Assembly: GCA_023428645.1 (NCBI GenBank)
Contig: JAEYXD010000014.1
Span: 14,964 to 78,963, forward strand
Length of the DNA stretch: 64,000 nucleotides
From: Pseudomonadota bacterium
GTDB lineage: Bacteria > Pseudomonadota > Gammaproteobacteria > Steroidobacterales > Steroidobacteraceae
Reading direction: 5' to 3'
In this document: positions 34,120-43,265 of the stretch, in pieces
Layout of the letters: every line of letters begins with the position of its first letter
Position numbering within the stretch: the stretch's first letter is position 1
The notes under the pieces: model-generated
What the model was told of the DNA's origin: nothing
What the model saw: the letters and a program-made list of their open reading frames with translations, nothing else
Databases searched by the model: none
Translations under genes and position numbers: made by a program

Positions 34120-36374
34120 AACCGGCCCCACCACAGTCGCAACAGCCACTCCCCGAGCTTCAGCATCAGCAGCGCGAGAAATATGATCGGCAGATTCCAC
34201 AAATCGAGCGTGTGGCGCTCGACGATGCCCGCCTTCGAGAACGGAATCGCGGCCGCGAGCCCTTGTAGATCGTCCACCGGCCAATACCGTCCGCCCGTCA
34301 TCGCCGCGAGCCGCTCCAGCACCGGCCGGTTCTGACGTGTCGCGAAGTGCTCGACGACGCCGTCCGTGCGGCGCACATGCGTCGTTGCGCTCGCGACCGG
34401 CCTGTCGTGCCGCTTCGCGCTCATGTCGATCCGATACAGACCTGTCGATGGCGCATCGACGCGCGCGACGTAGCGGCCATCGCCGTTGCCGGACGGACGC
34501 ATCGTCACCGTGAACGGCGCATCGCGCTCGGGCGCGACGAGCAGCTGCACCTCGGCGTCGCTGATCGGCTCGAACTGCTCGTCGTGGATTTCGGCTTCGA
34601 GCGCCATGCTGCGCTCGTCGTTGTAAACCGTGCGCGCGCTCGCGAGCGTCGCGCGGTTCGGCGTCGTATCCGCCAGTGCATGTAGGAATTGACGCCAGAA
34701 CATTTCGTGACGCTGATCCTCGGGGGGTAACTGCATTTGCCAACGCATCGTGCTCGAAGTTCCCAGGAGGTACGTCGCGCCGCGACCGTAACGCTGCCAG
34801 ACGAGCAAGGGTTCGCGCACCGCGTCGCCCACCGCCTCGAGCAGCACGACGGCGCCCGGCTTCGGCCGGCCGAGATCCTGGAAATCCGCGAGCGGCGGCA
34901 AGGTCTTCCACGCGTCCGCGTTGCGCCGCGCGTCGACATCCAGGCGCGTTATCGCGTATTCCACGCCATAGAGCGTTGGTTGCGCCTTGCCGTTGCGCTG
35001 AACGAACAGCGAGCCCTGCTGCCGCGACGGCAAGTGTGTCGGCAGTGTCTGCGCGAGCGGCGTGTCGAACCAGCCGCCCGCGGACAGGCCCTTGCGACCC
35101 GCGAGCAGCAGCACGCTGCCGCCGCGCTTGTCGACGAACTCCTTGAGCAGCCGATGCTGATCCTGATTCAGCGTCGTTGCCTCGTAGCTGCCGATGATCA
35201 CCGCGTCGTACGCGAACAGCGCGGCGGCCGACGAGGGGAACCCGTCCTGCAACTCCGCCGCCGACGTCACGCCCTGGCGAAAGTGCTTGTTCGGCGTCGT
35301 GCGGACGAGGCTCACGAGTCGTAAGGCACGATCGGTGTCGGCCGCGCGCCGCAGGAACTTGTACTCCCAGCGCGGCTCGCCCTCGACGTAGAGAATGGAG
35401 CGTTTGCCCGCCGCGACATCCATGACGTGCGAACGCTCATTGTTGACGACGTTGCGTTCGCCTTCGATGGGGTCCAGGACGAAGCGCAGCTCGTGCGTGC
35501 CCGGCGCGCCGGCCGGCACTTCGAAATTCACTGTCGTCGTCGTTGCTTCGGCGGGCAGGTTCAGGTCGCGCGCGACGACCAGCTTGTCGCGATCGTAGAC
35601 ACGCAGGCGCGTCTTCGCCGCGCCGTCGTGTCGAATGCCCACTTGCGCATCGACGGTCGCCTCCGCGGGCGCCGACGATGCAATATCAACGCGCTCGATC
35701 TCGAGATCGGTGGGATTCGTTTCAGGCCCGAGGCCGACGGTGTGAATCGGCACGCCGTACGATGCGATCTCCGTCAAGCGCTCCTCGCTCAGCGAGTCGC
35801 CGTTCTCCGCGCCGTCGCTCAACAGGACGATGCCGGCGAGCGGCGTGCTGCCCGCCGTCTGTAGAACTTGCACGAGCGAGTCACCGATGCGCGTCTGCGT
35901 CCCGGGAGGCGGAACCGACTCGAGTGTCGGAATCGGCTGAGCTTCGTGCGCGAAACTATAGAGCTGCACGTCGAATACTTTTTGCAACGCGTCGAGCGGC
36001 TCGCCTCGTAACGCGGCGACCGCCTGCTGCAGTCGCGACTGCTCTTGCTCGCCATACGCCATGCTCGCGGATGCATCGAGCACGACGCCGAGCACGTTCT
36101 CACGATCGCGCACCCGCTCCACGTTCAGCACGGGACGCCACAGCAGACACAGCACGAGCGCGATGAAGACGGTCTGCAGACTTCCCAACAAGGTGAGCTG
36201 TGCTGCGCTCAATTTGTGACGCGCCTGTCGCTGACGGCGCCACAACGTGAAGACGATGACCGCGACTGCGAGGGTGAGCAGCGCACCCAATAGCCAAAGC
36301 GGCCATTGGCTCGCGAATGCGAACGTGCCGGTGCGGTAAGCCCAAAGGGGATGAGTGAATAGAGCCTCGAACAC
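34116..36374 (-). CDS. Membrane VWA / GATase1-like (DUF1355-like) protein, first gene of the operon
   Basis: Two N-terminal TMs, MIDAS motif VVLDASASM, ILYVEGEPRWEYKFLRRA, and a C-terminal TM (LWNLPIIFLALLMLKL). Confidence 0.85.
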   Translation of the reverse strand: MFEALFTHPLWAYRTGTFAFASQWPLWLLGALLTLAVAVIVFTLWRRQRQARHKLSAAQLTLLGSLQTVFIALVLCLLWRPVLNVERVRDRENVLGVVLDASASMAYGEQEQSRLQQAVAALRGEPLDALQKVFDVQLYSFAHEAQPIPTLESVPPPGTQTRIGDSLVQVLQTAGSTPLAGIVLLSDGAENGDSLSEERLTEIASYGVPIHTVGLGPETNPTDLEIERVDIASSAPAEATVDAQVGIRHDGAAKTRLRVYDRDKLVVARDLNLPAEATTTTVNFEVPAGAPGTHELRFVLDPIEGERNVVNNERSHVMDVAAGKRSILYVEGEPRWEYKFLRRAADTDRALRLVSLVRTTPNKHFRQGVTSAAELQDGFPSSAAALFAYDAVIIGSYEATTLNQDQHRLLKEFVDKRGGSVLLLAGRKGLSAGGWFDTPLAQTLPTHLPSRQQGSLFVQRNGKAQPTLYGVEYAITRLDVDARRNADAWKTLPPLADFQDLGRPKPGAVVLLEAVGDAVREPLLVWQRYGRGATYLLGTSSTMRWQMQLPPEDQRHEMFWRQFLHALADTTPNRATLASARTVYNDERSMALEAEIHDEQFEPISDAEVQLLVAPERDAPFTVTMRPSGNGDGRYVARVDAPSTGLYRIDMSAKRHDRPVASATTHVRRTDGVVEHFATRQNRPVLERLAAMTGGRYWPVDDLQGLAAAIPFSKAGIVERHTLDLWNLPIIFLALLMLKLGEWLLRLWWGRL

Positions 36375-36585
36375 CGTTCACTAATAGGTCATGCCGTGGG
36401 TCATAGGCAAGCAGGATCTTGCAAAGATTGCGTCAAACCCTACGCGCGTTCGGCGTGCACCCACCGCGGCGATGACGCATCGGCACATCGCACCAGGAAC
36501 CGAAGGCGCTCTCACGCGTAGAGCACGGCCGGCAACCGCGGCAGCCGCGTGTCGACGCCCCCGATCCACGATTGCGGAATTCCAA

Positions 36586-37020
36586 ATGACTGACAACAGC
36601 GCAGGCTTACACGAGAGTCCCGAGCACTTGAAGCCGGAGACGATCGACCGCCACCGCGCGGTCGCCTCGATCATGGAAGAGCTCGAAGCCATCGACTGGT
36701 ACGACCAGCGAATCGACGCGACCTCCGATCCCGAGCTCAAGGCGATACTCGCTCACAATCGCGACGAGGAAAAAGAGCATGCGGCCATGACACTCGAGTG
36801 GCTGCGCCGGCACGACCCGAAGCTGAACGAGCACTTACGCACTTATCTTTTTACGCGCAAGAACATTCTGGATATCGAGCACGAAGCGGAAGGCGGCGAC
36901 GGCGGGGACGGCGCTTCGAGTGACGGCTCGCTCGGCATCGGCAGCTTGCGCGACCACGTGCGCGCCCGTTCGCGCGGCAAGGAGCACGAGCGCCACGAAC
37001 GCAAGGACGCGAAGGAGTGA
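36586..37020 (+). CDS. Encapsulated ferritin (EncFtn) cargo protein
   Basis: EELEAIDWYDQRIDATSDPELKAILAHNRDEEKEHAAMTLEWLRR, followed by a Gly-rich linker and the targeting-peptide-like DGSLGIGSLR. The real start is ATG 36586, inside ORF 36391..37020. Confidence 0.9.
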   Translation: MTDNSAGLHESPEHLKPETIDRHRAVASIMEELEAIDWYDQRIDATSDPELKAILAHNRDEEKEHAAMTLEWLRRHDPKLNEHLRTYLFTRKNILDIEHEAEGGDGGDGASSDGSLGIGSLRDHVRARSRGKEHERHERKDAKE

Positions 37021-37022
37021 AC

Positions 37023-37856
37023 ATGAACGATCTGCTACGCGAACACGCGCCGATCACGGCGGACGCGTGGAGCGAGATCGACGCGGAAGCGAAGCGGACG
37101 CTCGAGGTGCTGCTCGCGGCGCGCCGGCTCGTCGATTTCACGGGACCGCTCGGCTGGTCGACCTCCGCGATCTCGAACGGCCGCACCGAGACGTTGTCGC
37201 CGCCCCTGCAAGAAGGCGTGGTCTCGCGCATCCGGCGCGCGCAGCCACTCGTCGAGATTCGCGTCGCGTTCGAGCTCTCGCGCGCGGAGCTCGATGCGAT
37301 CGGGCGCGGCGCGCTCGATGCGGACTTGAATCCCGTGCGCGACGCGGCCCGCGCCGCGGCGATCGCGGAAGACCGGGCCGTATTCCAGGGCTATGCGGCC
37401 GCGGGCATCGAAGGCATCTTCCGCGCTTCCAGCCAGCAAGCGCTCACGATTCCCGAGGAGTACGAGCTGTATCCGGACGTCGTTGCCGAGGCAACGCATC
37501 GGTTGCGCAGCATGGGCATCTCCGGTCCGTATGCGATCGCGCTCGGCCCACGCTGTTACACGGGACTGACCCGCAGCACGAGGCGCGGCTATCCGATCAT
37601 CGACCACGTGCGCGAGCTCGTCCACGGCCCGATCGTGTGGGCGCCCGCTGCTGATGGCGCCGTCGTCATGAGCTTGCGGGGCGGCGACTTCGAGCTCGCG
37701 GTCGGTCAGGATTTTTCTATCGGCTATCTCGAGCACACGAGCGCGTCCGTGCACTTGTACATGCAGGAGAGTTTCACGTTCCGTGTGTTGACGCCGGAAG
37801 CGGCCGTCCCGCTGACGTATCGAGCAGCGGCACAGGGAGCGGCGGAAGCGAAATAG
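37023..37856 (+). CDS. Family 1 encapsulin shell protein (HK97 fold, linocin M18-like)
   Basis: ATG 37023 with AAGGAG at 37012-37017. The sequence is collinear with known encapsulins (MNDLLREHAPIT...GGDFELAVGQDFSIGY...ESFTFRVLTPEAAV). Confidence 0.93.
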   Translation: MNDLLREHAPITADAWSEIDAEAKRTLEVLLAARRLVDFTGPLGWSTSAISNGRTETLSPPLQEGVVSRIRRAQPLVEIRVAFELSRAELDAIGRGALDADLNPVRDAARAAAIAEDRAVFQGYAAAGIEGIFRASSQQALTIPEEYELYPDVVAEATHRLRSMGISGPYAIALGPRCYTGLTRSTRRGYPIIDHVRELVHGPIVWAPAADGAVVMSLRGGDFELAVGQDFSIGYLEHTSASVHLYMQESFTFRVLTPEAAVPLTYRAAAQGAAEAK

Positions 37857-38200
37857 CCCCCTTCCGGAAGGAAACAGGAGGCGGCGCACTCGAGGCGTGC
37901 GCGCGTCGAGCCACCGATCCGTCCCGCCCACCGCGCCTCACGCGAGTTCCGCGCCCGCTCGCTTCACACAACTTTTCCCAGTTCCTTGCGCACCCTACGC
38001 CCAGTCGCCGCGCGCACTCACGAGACTCGCCTGCCGCGCTCGCACGAATGTCACATCGGCATGGATGAATGAGCGGTGCCGCGTCGGCACGTTACTTGCT
38101 CCTACGTAAGCGAGCATCTGCTCAGATTCGACTACCCGTTCGCTGCCCTCGCCAGGATTGCATCGTGAACCGCCCGGACCTGCACGCGAACGTAAGGACC

Positions 38201-39097
38201 ATGCGCCTACCTTCTCTCAAGTTTTTGAAGACTTTCCAGCTCGCTGCAGCACGGCTGAGCTTCAAGGCGGCCGCCGAGGAATTGTTCATCACGCCCTCGG
38301 CCGTGAGCCACCAGATCAAGACGCTCGAGGAGCAACTCGGCGTTGCGCTGTTCGATCGTGGTGCGCATTCGCTCGCACTGACGGAGGCCGGCCGCAACTA
38401 CCTGCAACACATGGATGCGCTGTTCGCTCGGCTGGAGAGCGTCACCGAGCAATTGCGGGCGCGCTATGGCCGCGGCGTCGTCCGGCTCCATATCACGCCG
38501 TTCTTCGCGACCGAAATGCTGTTGCCGAAGCTCAATTCGCTGCTCGCCTCCCAGCCCGAGACGGACGTTCATATCAATACGGTCCAGGCGCTGGAATCGC
38601 ACCCCGCCGACGCGGACGTGTCGATCGTCGTCAACGCGGTGCCGGAGGACGGGCTGTCCCGCTACAAGCTGTTCTCCCAATCCTTCGTCCCCGCCTGCTC
38701 GCCGCAGCTGCTGGCTCGCAACCCGATCCGGACGACCGCCGATCTCAACCGGCATACGCTGATCGTTCATGAAGCTCGCCGCGACGGCTGGGAACGGTGG
38801 GCCGAAGCACTCGGTACGGAGCTGCGTCCCAAGAACGTCATTCGCTTCGACACGATGTCCGCGGCCGCGCAAGCGGCGGAACATGGTGTCGGAGTTGCCC
38901 TGGTGTCCTCACGCCTGAGCGCGGAGCGCTTCCAACAGGGAACGCTCGTGAGGCTGTTCGATACCGAGCTGCACACGGGCGAAAGCTACTTTCTATTGGT
39001 GCGCCCGGAGGACGCGAACCGGCCGGACATCCGCTCGCTCACGCAGTGGCTGCTGAACGAGTTCCAGGCCGGCGAGCTCACGGTTCGAGCTGCCTGA
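38201..39097 (+). CDS. LysR-family transcriptional regulator (GcvA-like)
   Basis: HTH region FQLAAARLSFKAAAEELFITPSAVSHQIKTLEEQLG. Start ATG 38201 with AAGGA upstream. Confidence 0.9.
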   Translation: MRLPSLKFLKTFQLAAARLSFKAAAEELFITPSAVSHQIKTLEEQLGVALFDRGAHSLALTEAGRNYLQHMDALFARLESVTEQLRARYGRGVVRLHITPFFATEMLLPKLNSLLASQPETDVHINTVQALESHPADADVSIVVNAVPEDGLSRYKLFSQSFVPACSPQLLARNPIRTTADLNRHTLIVHEARRDGWERWAEALGTELRPKNVIRFDTMSAAAQAAEHGVGVALVSSRLSAERFQQGTLVRLFDTELHTGESYFLLVRPEDANRPDIRSLTQWLLNEFQAGELTVRAA

Positions 39098-39436
39098 CCC
39101 TCCATCGCGGATACTGCGCTGCGGCAATCGCGGCGCACGCCGCCCCGATCCGGCACTCATCCCACTTCCTCGAACGCCGCGCGTGGATGCGCCAAGTTGA
39201 GGCGCTTCCGCCTCCGGGGCGCATCCATATGAAGCAAGAAACGTCGAGGAAAGAGTAGCGAACGTGTACTTATGTGCGCGATGTGATCGCCACCACGAAT
39301 TTGCCGCTGCCCGCCCCTGTCGACATGAAATCGGTTGAGGCAAGCGCAAAAATAACTCGTTTGTCGCAACGCAAAAGGAGCTGCAGAGTGTGACCCATCG
39401 GTGCTCGGCACCTCATGGCCGCTCAGGAGATCAAAC

Positions 39437-39781
39437 ATGTCCACTCGCTTCAGCCGACTCGCGCTTACTGCCCTGGTTCTTGCCGCACCCGTTGCGAGCT
39501 TCGCGGACACTGCCTCGAACGCCGCCATGGACGCCTGCCTGCAGTCGTTCCTCGCCTCCGACGTCGCCAAGGACCGCAAGGTGACCGTGCGCAAGAACCT
39601 CGATTCGATCCCGCGCCCGCTCGAATTGGCCAGCCTGTTCAGGATCGAACTGGTGGCGAAAGGCCGTGACAGCGGCAAGCAGATTGCTCGTGTCGTGTGC
39701 CACGCGAATCAAAAGGGGACGATCGTCGCGGTGAACGGCCTGCCGGCGAAATCGGTCGCTTCGGTCGCCGCCGCCCGCTGA
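39437..39781 (+). CDS. Small secreted hypothetical protein
   Basis: RBS AGGAGA and signal peptide MSTRFSRLALTALVLAAPVASFA. Family not recognised. Confidence 0.6.
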   Translation: MSTRFSRLALTALVLAAPVASFADTASNAAMDACLQSFLASDVAKDRKVTVRKNLDSIPRPLELASLFRIELVAKGRDSGKQIARVVCHANQKGTIVAVNGLPAKSVASVAAAR

Positions 39782-40034
39782 CCAGAGGCCTCCCCTCACT
39801 GCGACGGGAGACGCTGCGGGCACAGAAATCCTGCGTCCTCTTTCTGCGTCACTCCGGGATTGCACTCGACTCGATCCCCCTGAGCTCGAGTGCCGACAAG
39901 GATGTCAGCTCCCGGAGTGATTTTTCTCACTCCTCGTACAGCGAAACGACGAATCGCGATTTGCGCCGCGCCTTCGCGCCGACTTCGGTTAAGTGGCGCA
40001 CTGCAACCGATTTCGTTCGTGCATAGTCCAGCGC

Positions 40035-40502
40035 ATGTCTTACGCCCACGTTGAACGGCGCTCTGGCGCCGACCGCCGCATTCGATCACTCGCCGCCTAC
40101 TGGCGGGGCTCGCTCAATCCGCGGCGTCGCGCAGGGCGACGCGAGAGCGACACGGTCTATCCGATCATCGATTGGCATCCGCCGCGCGTGTTCGCGTTCG
40201 TGTTCGCGATTCTGTTATTGAGCGTGTGCGACGGCGTGCTGACGGTGATGCTGATTTCGCTCGGCGCGACCGAGGCGAATCCGTTCATGGCGTTGTTCGT
40301 GCCGCATTCGCTCGGCTGGTTCGCCGCAGTGAAACTGACCCTGACGAGCCTCGGCTCGATGGTGCTCGTGGCGTGCAGCCGCATGAAGCTGTTCCGCTCG
40401 ATTCCGGGCGAGGCGCTGCTCGCCGTCATCTTCCTCGGGTATATCCTGCTGATCGTCTACGAGCTCGAGATGCTCGAGCAGTTGTCTCACCTGCCTCTCT
40501 GA
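40035..40502 (+). CDS. DUF5658-like membrane protein with an Arg-rich N-terminal tail
   Basis: CDGVLTVMLISLGATEANPFM core with 3-4 TM segments. The N-terminus is ERRSGADRR...RRRAGRRESD. Family assignment is from memory. Confidence 0.65.
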   Translation: MSYAHVERRSGADRRIRSLAAYWRGSLNPRRRAGRRESDTVYPIIDWHPPRVFAFVFAILLLSVCDGVLTVMLISLGATEANPFMALFVPHSLGWFAAVKLTLTSLGSMVLVACSRMKLFRSIPGEALLAVIFLGYILLIVYELEMLEQLSHLPL

Positions 40503-40897
40503 CCGGGCGCGGTTTCGTAACCGCCGCGATACAGCCGCAGGACGAAATAGGTCCATGCGGACAGCGTGCCGCAGACGACCGCGGTAACGAAGTTCTGTGG
40601 ATCGACGAATCGCGCGGCCACCACGACGCAGCCGAGCATTGCCAACGTCGCCTGACCGAGGCGCAGCTCCCACCGCTCGACGTAGTGCTTCCAGGGCGAA
40701 GCGAACTTCGCGAGCTTCGTGCGATGCGGATCGAAGCCGAACAGCCCACATAGCGAGATGTAGACCGCCACGCCGACGACGCTCCACAGCAGCACGCGGC
40801 CGCTGTCGAGCGTGTGCTCGGACAGCAGGTCGTACAGCTCAGCGATCCCGAAAAAGATGGCGCACGCGCCGAGCGCGTGCCGTTTGCGTGAGTGCAT
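40487..40897 (-). CDS. Hypothetical 4-TM membrane protein
   Basis: 136-aa hydrophobic ORF that converges on the previous gene and overlaps its 3' end by 16 nt. Confidence 0.55.
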   Translation of the reverse strand: MHSRKRHALGACAIFFGIAELYDLLSEHTLDSGRVLLWSVVGVAVYISLCGLFGFDPHRTKLAKFASPWKHYVERWELRLGQATLAMLGCVVVAARFVDPQNFVTAVVCGTLSAWTYFVLRLYRGGYETAPGQRGR

Positions 40898-41122
40898 GAA
40901 TGGCTCCGTTCGTGTCGGTGCGGATCACACCGCAGACCGCGAGATCGTTTCCGTGAAGTCTATCCAGAAAGCCGCGCGCTCCGCCGTCGTCCTAACGGAC
41001 GCCGCTCGAGCTTGTGCGAGCTTCGCCTACACGCACCCATTTCCATCATCCCCCGATTGGCGCGTCCAAATTTAAAGTGAGAGGATCGCCGACGGCCTCG
41101 CGAGGAACGCACGAACTAAAAC

Positions 41123-43207
41123 ATGAGATTTTTTCGACGCTCTCTATTTGCGCTCGGCATGGCGGCCACCTTGCCCACGGTCATCTGTCTCGCCGTCGGC
41201 ACCTTCCTGTTTCTGCGCGCCGAGAGCCGGCGGGTCGAGGGCGAGACGCTGGCGCGCGCCCAACTCGTCACGATGCTGGCCGATGCTCGACTGCGCGGCG
41301 ACATTGCCTCGCTCAACGTGCTCAACGGCTCCGTCTACTTCGAGAACCGCGACTGGCGCGAGTTCTATGCCCGGCTGGTGCGCGCCCGCGCGAACAACCC
41401 GCATTGGGTCACGATCCAGCTCTATGACGTGGCGGCCGGCAGAATGCTGTTCGATCTACGCCGGCCGTACGGCGACCGCGACCTTGCGACGCTGCCTGCC
41501 CATGTGCTCGACGAGTTGCAGCGCACGCGCGAGCCCGTCGTCGGCAACATGACCATGGAGTCCGAACCGCTGGCCCACGTGTACGTGCCCGTCGTTCGCG
41601 AGGGCACCTTTCAGTTCGTACTCGTCGCTGGGTTTCGACCGCACGAGTTTCAGGCGCTCGTCGCGCCGCACGGAGACGACGACAGCGTCGCCGCCATCAT
41701 CGATCGGGAAGGCATGTTCGTCGCGCGCTCGCTGGAGCCGGAGATCCGCATCGGCGGTCCAGCGACCGAATTCGTGCGTAACGCGATCACGCGCGCCCCG
41801 CAGGGCATCTATCGAGGACGCACGCACGAAGGCCTGAATAACTACACCGCGTACTACGTGTCGCCGTGGTCGGGGTGGTCGACACACATCGCGATCGCCT
41901 CGACGCTCGTCGACGAGCCGATCTCGTGGTCGTTGATCGTGGCGAGCACCGCGGCGCTCGGCGGCCTGGCGCTCGGCGGCATTCTCGTCGTGCTCGTCCT
42001 GCGCGACATGGCGGAGCGACGGCGCGCCGAAGAAATGTTGCGGCAATCGCAGAAGATGGAAGCGATCGGCCAGCTCACCGGCGGCATCGCGCACGACTTC
42101 AACAATCTCCTGACGGCGATCATCGGCAACGTGGACCTGATTCGCACGCGAGCCGCCGGCAACGAGCGTCTACAGCGGCTCGCTTCGAACGCGCTGGAAG
42201 CGGCACGGCGCGGCGCGAAGCTGTCCTCGCAGCTGCTCGCGTTCTCGCGTCATCAGCGTCTGCAGGTCGCGCCCGTCTCGTTGACGCAGCTGTTGCACGG
42301 CATGAGCGACCTCCTCACTCAATCGGTCGGCCCGACCGTGCAACTCACGATTCATGTCGATCCCGAAGCGGACGCCGTGCTGAGCGATGCGAACCAGCTC
42401 GAGCTGGCATTGCTGAACCTGGCCGTAAACGCCCGCGACGCGATGCCGAACGGCGGCACGCTCGAGATCGATGTGCGCACCGCCGCGCCCCGCAACGTGC
42501 GCGGCCTGCCGAAGCGGGCGTACGTCGAGATCGCGGTCAAGGACGCCGGCAGCGGCATGACCGAGCACGTGCGCGCCCGCGCGATGGAGCCGTTCTTCAC
42601 CACGAAGTCCGTGGGCCAAGGCACGGGACTCGGCTTGTCGCAGGTTTATGGGATCGTGCGCGAGTCCGGCGGCGCCGTGTTCATCGACAGCAAGCCGAAC
42701 GCCGGCACGACCGTGCGCATGATCCTGCCGGCCGCACCGCCCGTGCCGGCAACCGCGCCCGCGCGGGGCGATTCCGCGCCGACGATCCCTGTCCCGAGCG
42801 TCAATGTGTCGACGCGCGTGCTCGTCGTCGACGACGATCGCCAGGTGCGGCGCTTCGTCGCCGAGGCGCTGCGCGGCCAAGGCTTCATCGTCACGGATGT
42901 GGCGAACGGCGCTGCCGGCCTCGATGCGCTGCGCGAAGGCCGCTTCGACCTGCTCGTCGCCGACTTCGCGATGCCAGGAATGAATGGCGCGGAGCTCGTC
43001 CGGCGCGCACGCGAGCTGCAGCCCGACCTGCGCGTGCTGATCGTCTCGGGCTATGCGGACAGCGCCGCATTGGACGACGTGCTGCGCGGCGCACGCCTGT
43101 TGCGGAAACCGTTCGCGGTCGCGGAGCTCGCGGCGGCCGTTACGGAAATCCTCGGTCGGCGCGCGGAAGACACCGCGCTGCATGGATCCGAGCGTGGACC
43201 GGCATAG
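41123..43207 (+). CDS. Hybrid sensor histidine kinase / response regulator
   Basis: Two TMs flank a periplasmic sensor region. H-box GGIAHDFNNLLTAIIG, N/G boxes LNLAVNARDAM, DAGSGM and GTGLGLS, and a C-terminal receiver (VLVVDDD...DLLVADFAMPGMNG). Confidence 0.92.
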   Translation: MRFFRRSLFALGMAATLPTVICLAVGTFLFLRAESRRVEGETLARAQLVTMLADARLRGDIASLNVLNGSVYFENRDWREFYARLVRARANNPHWVTIQLYDVAAGRMLFDLRRPYGDRDLATLPAHVLDELQRTREPVVGNMTMESEPLAHVYVPVVREGTFQFVLVAGFRPHEFQALVAPHGDDDSVAAIIDREGMFVARSLEPEIRIGGPATEFVRNAITRAPQGIYRGRTHEGLNNYTAYYVSPWSGWSTHIAIASTLVDEPISWSLIVASTAALGGLALGGILVVLVLRDMAERRRAEEMLRQSQKMEAIGQLTGGIAHDFNNLLTAIIGNVDLIRTRAAGNERLQRLASNALEAARRGAKLSSQLLAFSRHQRLQVAPVSLTQLLHGMSDLLTQSVGPTVQLTIHVDPEADAVLSDANQLELALLNLAVNARDAMPNGGTLEIDVRTAAPRNVRGLPKRAYVEIAVKDAGSGMTEHVRARAMEPFFTTKSVGQGTGLGLSQVYGIVRESGGAVFIDSKPNAGTTVRMILPAAPPVPATAPARGDSAPTIPVPSVNVSTRVLVVDDDRQVRRFVAEALRGQGFIVTDVANGAAGLDALREGRFDLLVADFAMPGMNGAELVRRARELQPDLRVLIVSGYADSAALDDVLRGARLLRKPFAVAELAAAVTEILGRRAEDTALHGSERGPA

Positions 43208-43265
43208 AATGAGCGTCGCGAGCGCCGCCCCTCGCGCCCGTTCCATTCCGCCTCGCGAGCCCGTC

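Noticed and set aside
33166-34911. 581-aa version of the caspase-fold gene as listed in the ORF track.
   Set aside because: Its upstream 264 codons overlap the 3' end of the 752-aa VWA gene in another frame and are compositionally implausible. A GTG overlapping the upstream TGA, followed by a signal peptide, gives a coherent 317-aa protein.
36375-36585. I searched the encapsulin/operon divergent promoter for a Fur-box-like (GATAATGATAATCATTATC-type) or other recognisable iron/peroxide operator.
   Set aside because: Nothing resembling the Fur consensus is present. Only the GGTCAT direct repeat and the GCAAG/CTTGC palindrome were found, and these are reported as unassigned motifs.
37857-37885. 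CCTTCCGGAAGGAAACAGGAGG after the encapsulin stop resembles the CCGGAAGGAAGCAGC core of SRP (4.5S) RNA domain IV.
   Set aside because: The surrounding conserved GGUCAGGUCC context and the complementary 3' strand are absent. It is more simply a short palindrome (CCTTCC/GGAAGG) downstream of a stop codon.
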